From NCBI GenBank assembly GCA_001655205.1, contig LPNZ01005253.1, positions 1-38,462 on the forward strand: a stretch of 38,462 bases of DNA, read 5' to 3'. Under the pieces are notes generated by a model. The model searched no databases. It was not told the origin of the DNA and saw only the letters and a list, made by a program, of their open reading frames with translations. The position numbers and the translations under genes were made by a program. The DNA comes from Lenisia limosa (lineage: Eukaryota; Protista; Breviatea). Position 1 is the stretch's first letter. The number at the start of each line of letters is the position of its first letter. Positions 36,651 through 38,462 of the stretch are shown one piece after another.

Positions 36651-38285
36651 GACCTCAGTTTGCGGTTCTGTCAGAGCTGTTAACTCCCTCAGTCGTTCAG
36701 CCCGCATGTTTTGCAGCCGATTGCGAACCTTGACAATGAGAAACCAATAAAATATACATATCATACTATTTAAAGACGAAAATCTTCCAAAAGAGCGACA
36801 GAATATCAATGTCCGATTCTTATTTCTCATACCCATCTCGTATCCCTTCTCGTGCCCACCTCTTGGCTATGCCGTTGGAACTTCTGCTGCCTCCTAAGCT
36901 CGTCACATCTCGCCTTTTCGCTCTTTTCAAGAGCTTCCCTCTCCTCTGCGAGACGACGTTGACGATATGACTCATTCTTGGTCATCTTCTGAATATGTTA
37001 GTACTAGCCAATAGCCAATTTTGCAGTTAAGCTATCTACACAAGGAACCACATAAGCTTAAAATAACTGAAAGCGAAGTAAATGTTACATTAGAACACTG
37101 GTCGGAAAAGAACGAAGCACCACCGCGAACAATGGGAGGAAGAACAACGTTTTCAAGGTCAGGCTGCGATGATGCCCAACGAGCACTTAGATCATGAGGG
37201 GTCATTGCAGGTGAGTTTGGCGCTGAGGCTGCTGGCGTGAGTGTCATGAAATGTGTTATGAGCAAGATGTACTCATCCCCATTTGTCATTGACAAATATC
37301 AATATTTCCCAAGGCCTCAAATATAAAACCGCAATTCTTTGAAGGCAATACTAACCTATCTGTAGGTCCTGTACCCCCCCAACTTGAGTTATATCCAACG
37401 CTGTAGTAGTCATGAGCAGATTCAGCTTGGAGCTGGGTGGCTCGCGAAAGGCCTAGGGGGGACGCCATGCTGTCCGGCTCCGCAGGTTGTAACCAAGACA
37501 ATGACGTTGCAATTCCTCCGAGAACCTGCGTCTTCTTTTTGTGCATATTCGAGTATGATGAAGTGGATTGTCGGATGGGATTTTCTACGCAGTGAAAGGA
37601 ACAAAAGAAAAATACGAATGTAAGGTGATTTGAACTCAAACTGATGCCTTTCTACCCCCAAACCGGGGGATTTGAGTGAAGAAATAGACAGCGGCTGTGC
37701 GATCAGTGCAGCAACGGAGTACTTGGGGTAACTTTTGTAGACAGGACCGTCTGTGAGAGGCATTCGGTCCCTGAAAACACATAACGGGCCACATCATCAT
37801 GAAGACTGCATGCAAGGAAGTGTGGCAGATTACAGGGCGTCACTTTTAGTTACAAACCCCCATTTTATTCATATTAAATATCGATTTTCTTGATATTTAG
37901 AGAATATAAAACCCCTACTGAAACCCACGACCAACATTTTGGAGCGGTTTCCATTGAATTTGACGTCGAAAGCGAAGTAACCTAGGGAATAAACGTTGTT
38001 TGATGACTGCATATTATGATATTAATATGTAGAAATGTAATATGCTTCCTAAAAAAAGGCAGTATCAGCCCGAAGCCCATCCAAGTCATTACCACGGATA
38101 CGAAACTAAACACTTAATAAAATTATGAAAATAACGACACCGAGGGAACTCTAAATAAGTCCTTTTCAGAATTTCACCCAGTCGCACCTTTTCGAGACGG
38201 TCCATTGAGGGGCGTTCTCATGGCCATTTTCACGGCACCTCTATTTGCCAAAGGAATAAGGTCGAAAGGCGCGTAGCCAATCACA
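36645..38285 (-). CDS. 5'-truncated hypothetical protein: possible C2-domain C-terminal strands, then a Ser/Pro-rich linker and an R/E/K-rich helical tail
   Basis: Exons 38188-38285 and 37932-37981 splice in phase to VIGYAPFDLIPLANRGAVKMAMRTPLNGPSRK|GYFAFDVKFNGNRSKML. Further exons include MPLTDGPVYKSYP..., TLTPAASAPNSPAMTP..., KMTKNESYRQRRLAEEREALEK... and VRNRLQNMRAERLRELTALTEPQTEVL*. The start was not found and probably lies beyond the window. Confidence 0.55.
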
Positions 38286-38462
38286 CTACTTCGTCAAGGT
38301 GTAAAATATATTTGCATGGTGAATTAGACAATCTGACAAAAAAAACTCATATGATGGACTGCTAAGTAAATAATAATAAAGCAATGAGAAAAAAAAATAA
38401 TAAAAAAAAAAAAATGGTTGTATCTGGCCAAAGCCGTCAACACCATAATATAATAATAAATG

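Noticed and set aside
1-38462. tRNA, rRNA, retroelement or viral genes
   Set aside because: No tRNA T-loop or cloverleaf, rRNA signature, or RT/integrase/transposase/capsid motif seen by eye; a covariance-model scan was not possible.

Overview
Eukaryotic, intron-rich, gene-dense DNA from what looks like a unicellular eukaryote; I cannot assign the taxon. It uses the standard genetic code and GT-AG introns, many only 25-60 nt long. I reconstructed eight multi-exon genes by eye: (1) a ~16 kb minus-strand gene for a very long coiled-coil protein with a Pro/SP-rich head; (2) a ~115 aa protein with a Spo12-like SPTDxxxSP motif; (3) MRD1/RBM19, a five-RRM pre-rRNA processing factor; (4) a ~7 kb minus-strand gene with collinear but degenerate matches to long-form tRNase Z (ELAC2/Trz1), split by a ~700 aa charged insertion; (5) CCDC130/YJU2B; (6) MND1; (7) an unknown single-pass membrane protein; (8) a 5'-truncated gene with a possible C2-domain end. 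Genes form three tight head-to-head pairs. I saw no transposon, CRISPR array, tRNA or rRNA. Nine N blocks interrupt the sequence. The best novelty candidate is the probably catalytically dead, split tRNase Z-like protein. Also notable: several short tandem duplications on splice signals, 4-nt and 10-nt micro-exons, and acceptor-like AG sites just before start codons. All homology calls compare my translations with family motifs recalled from memory; no searches were run, and exon boundaries are manual predictions.
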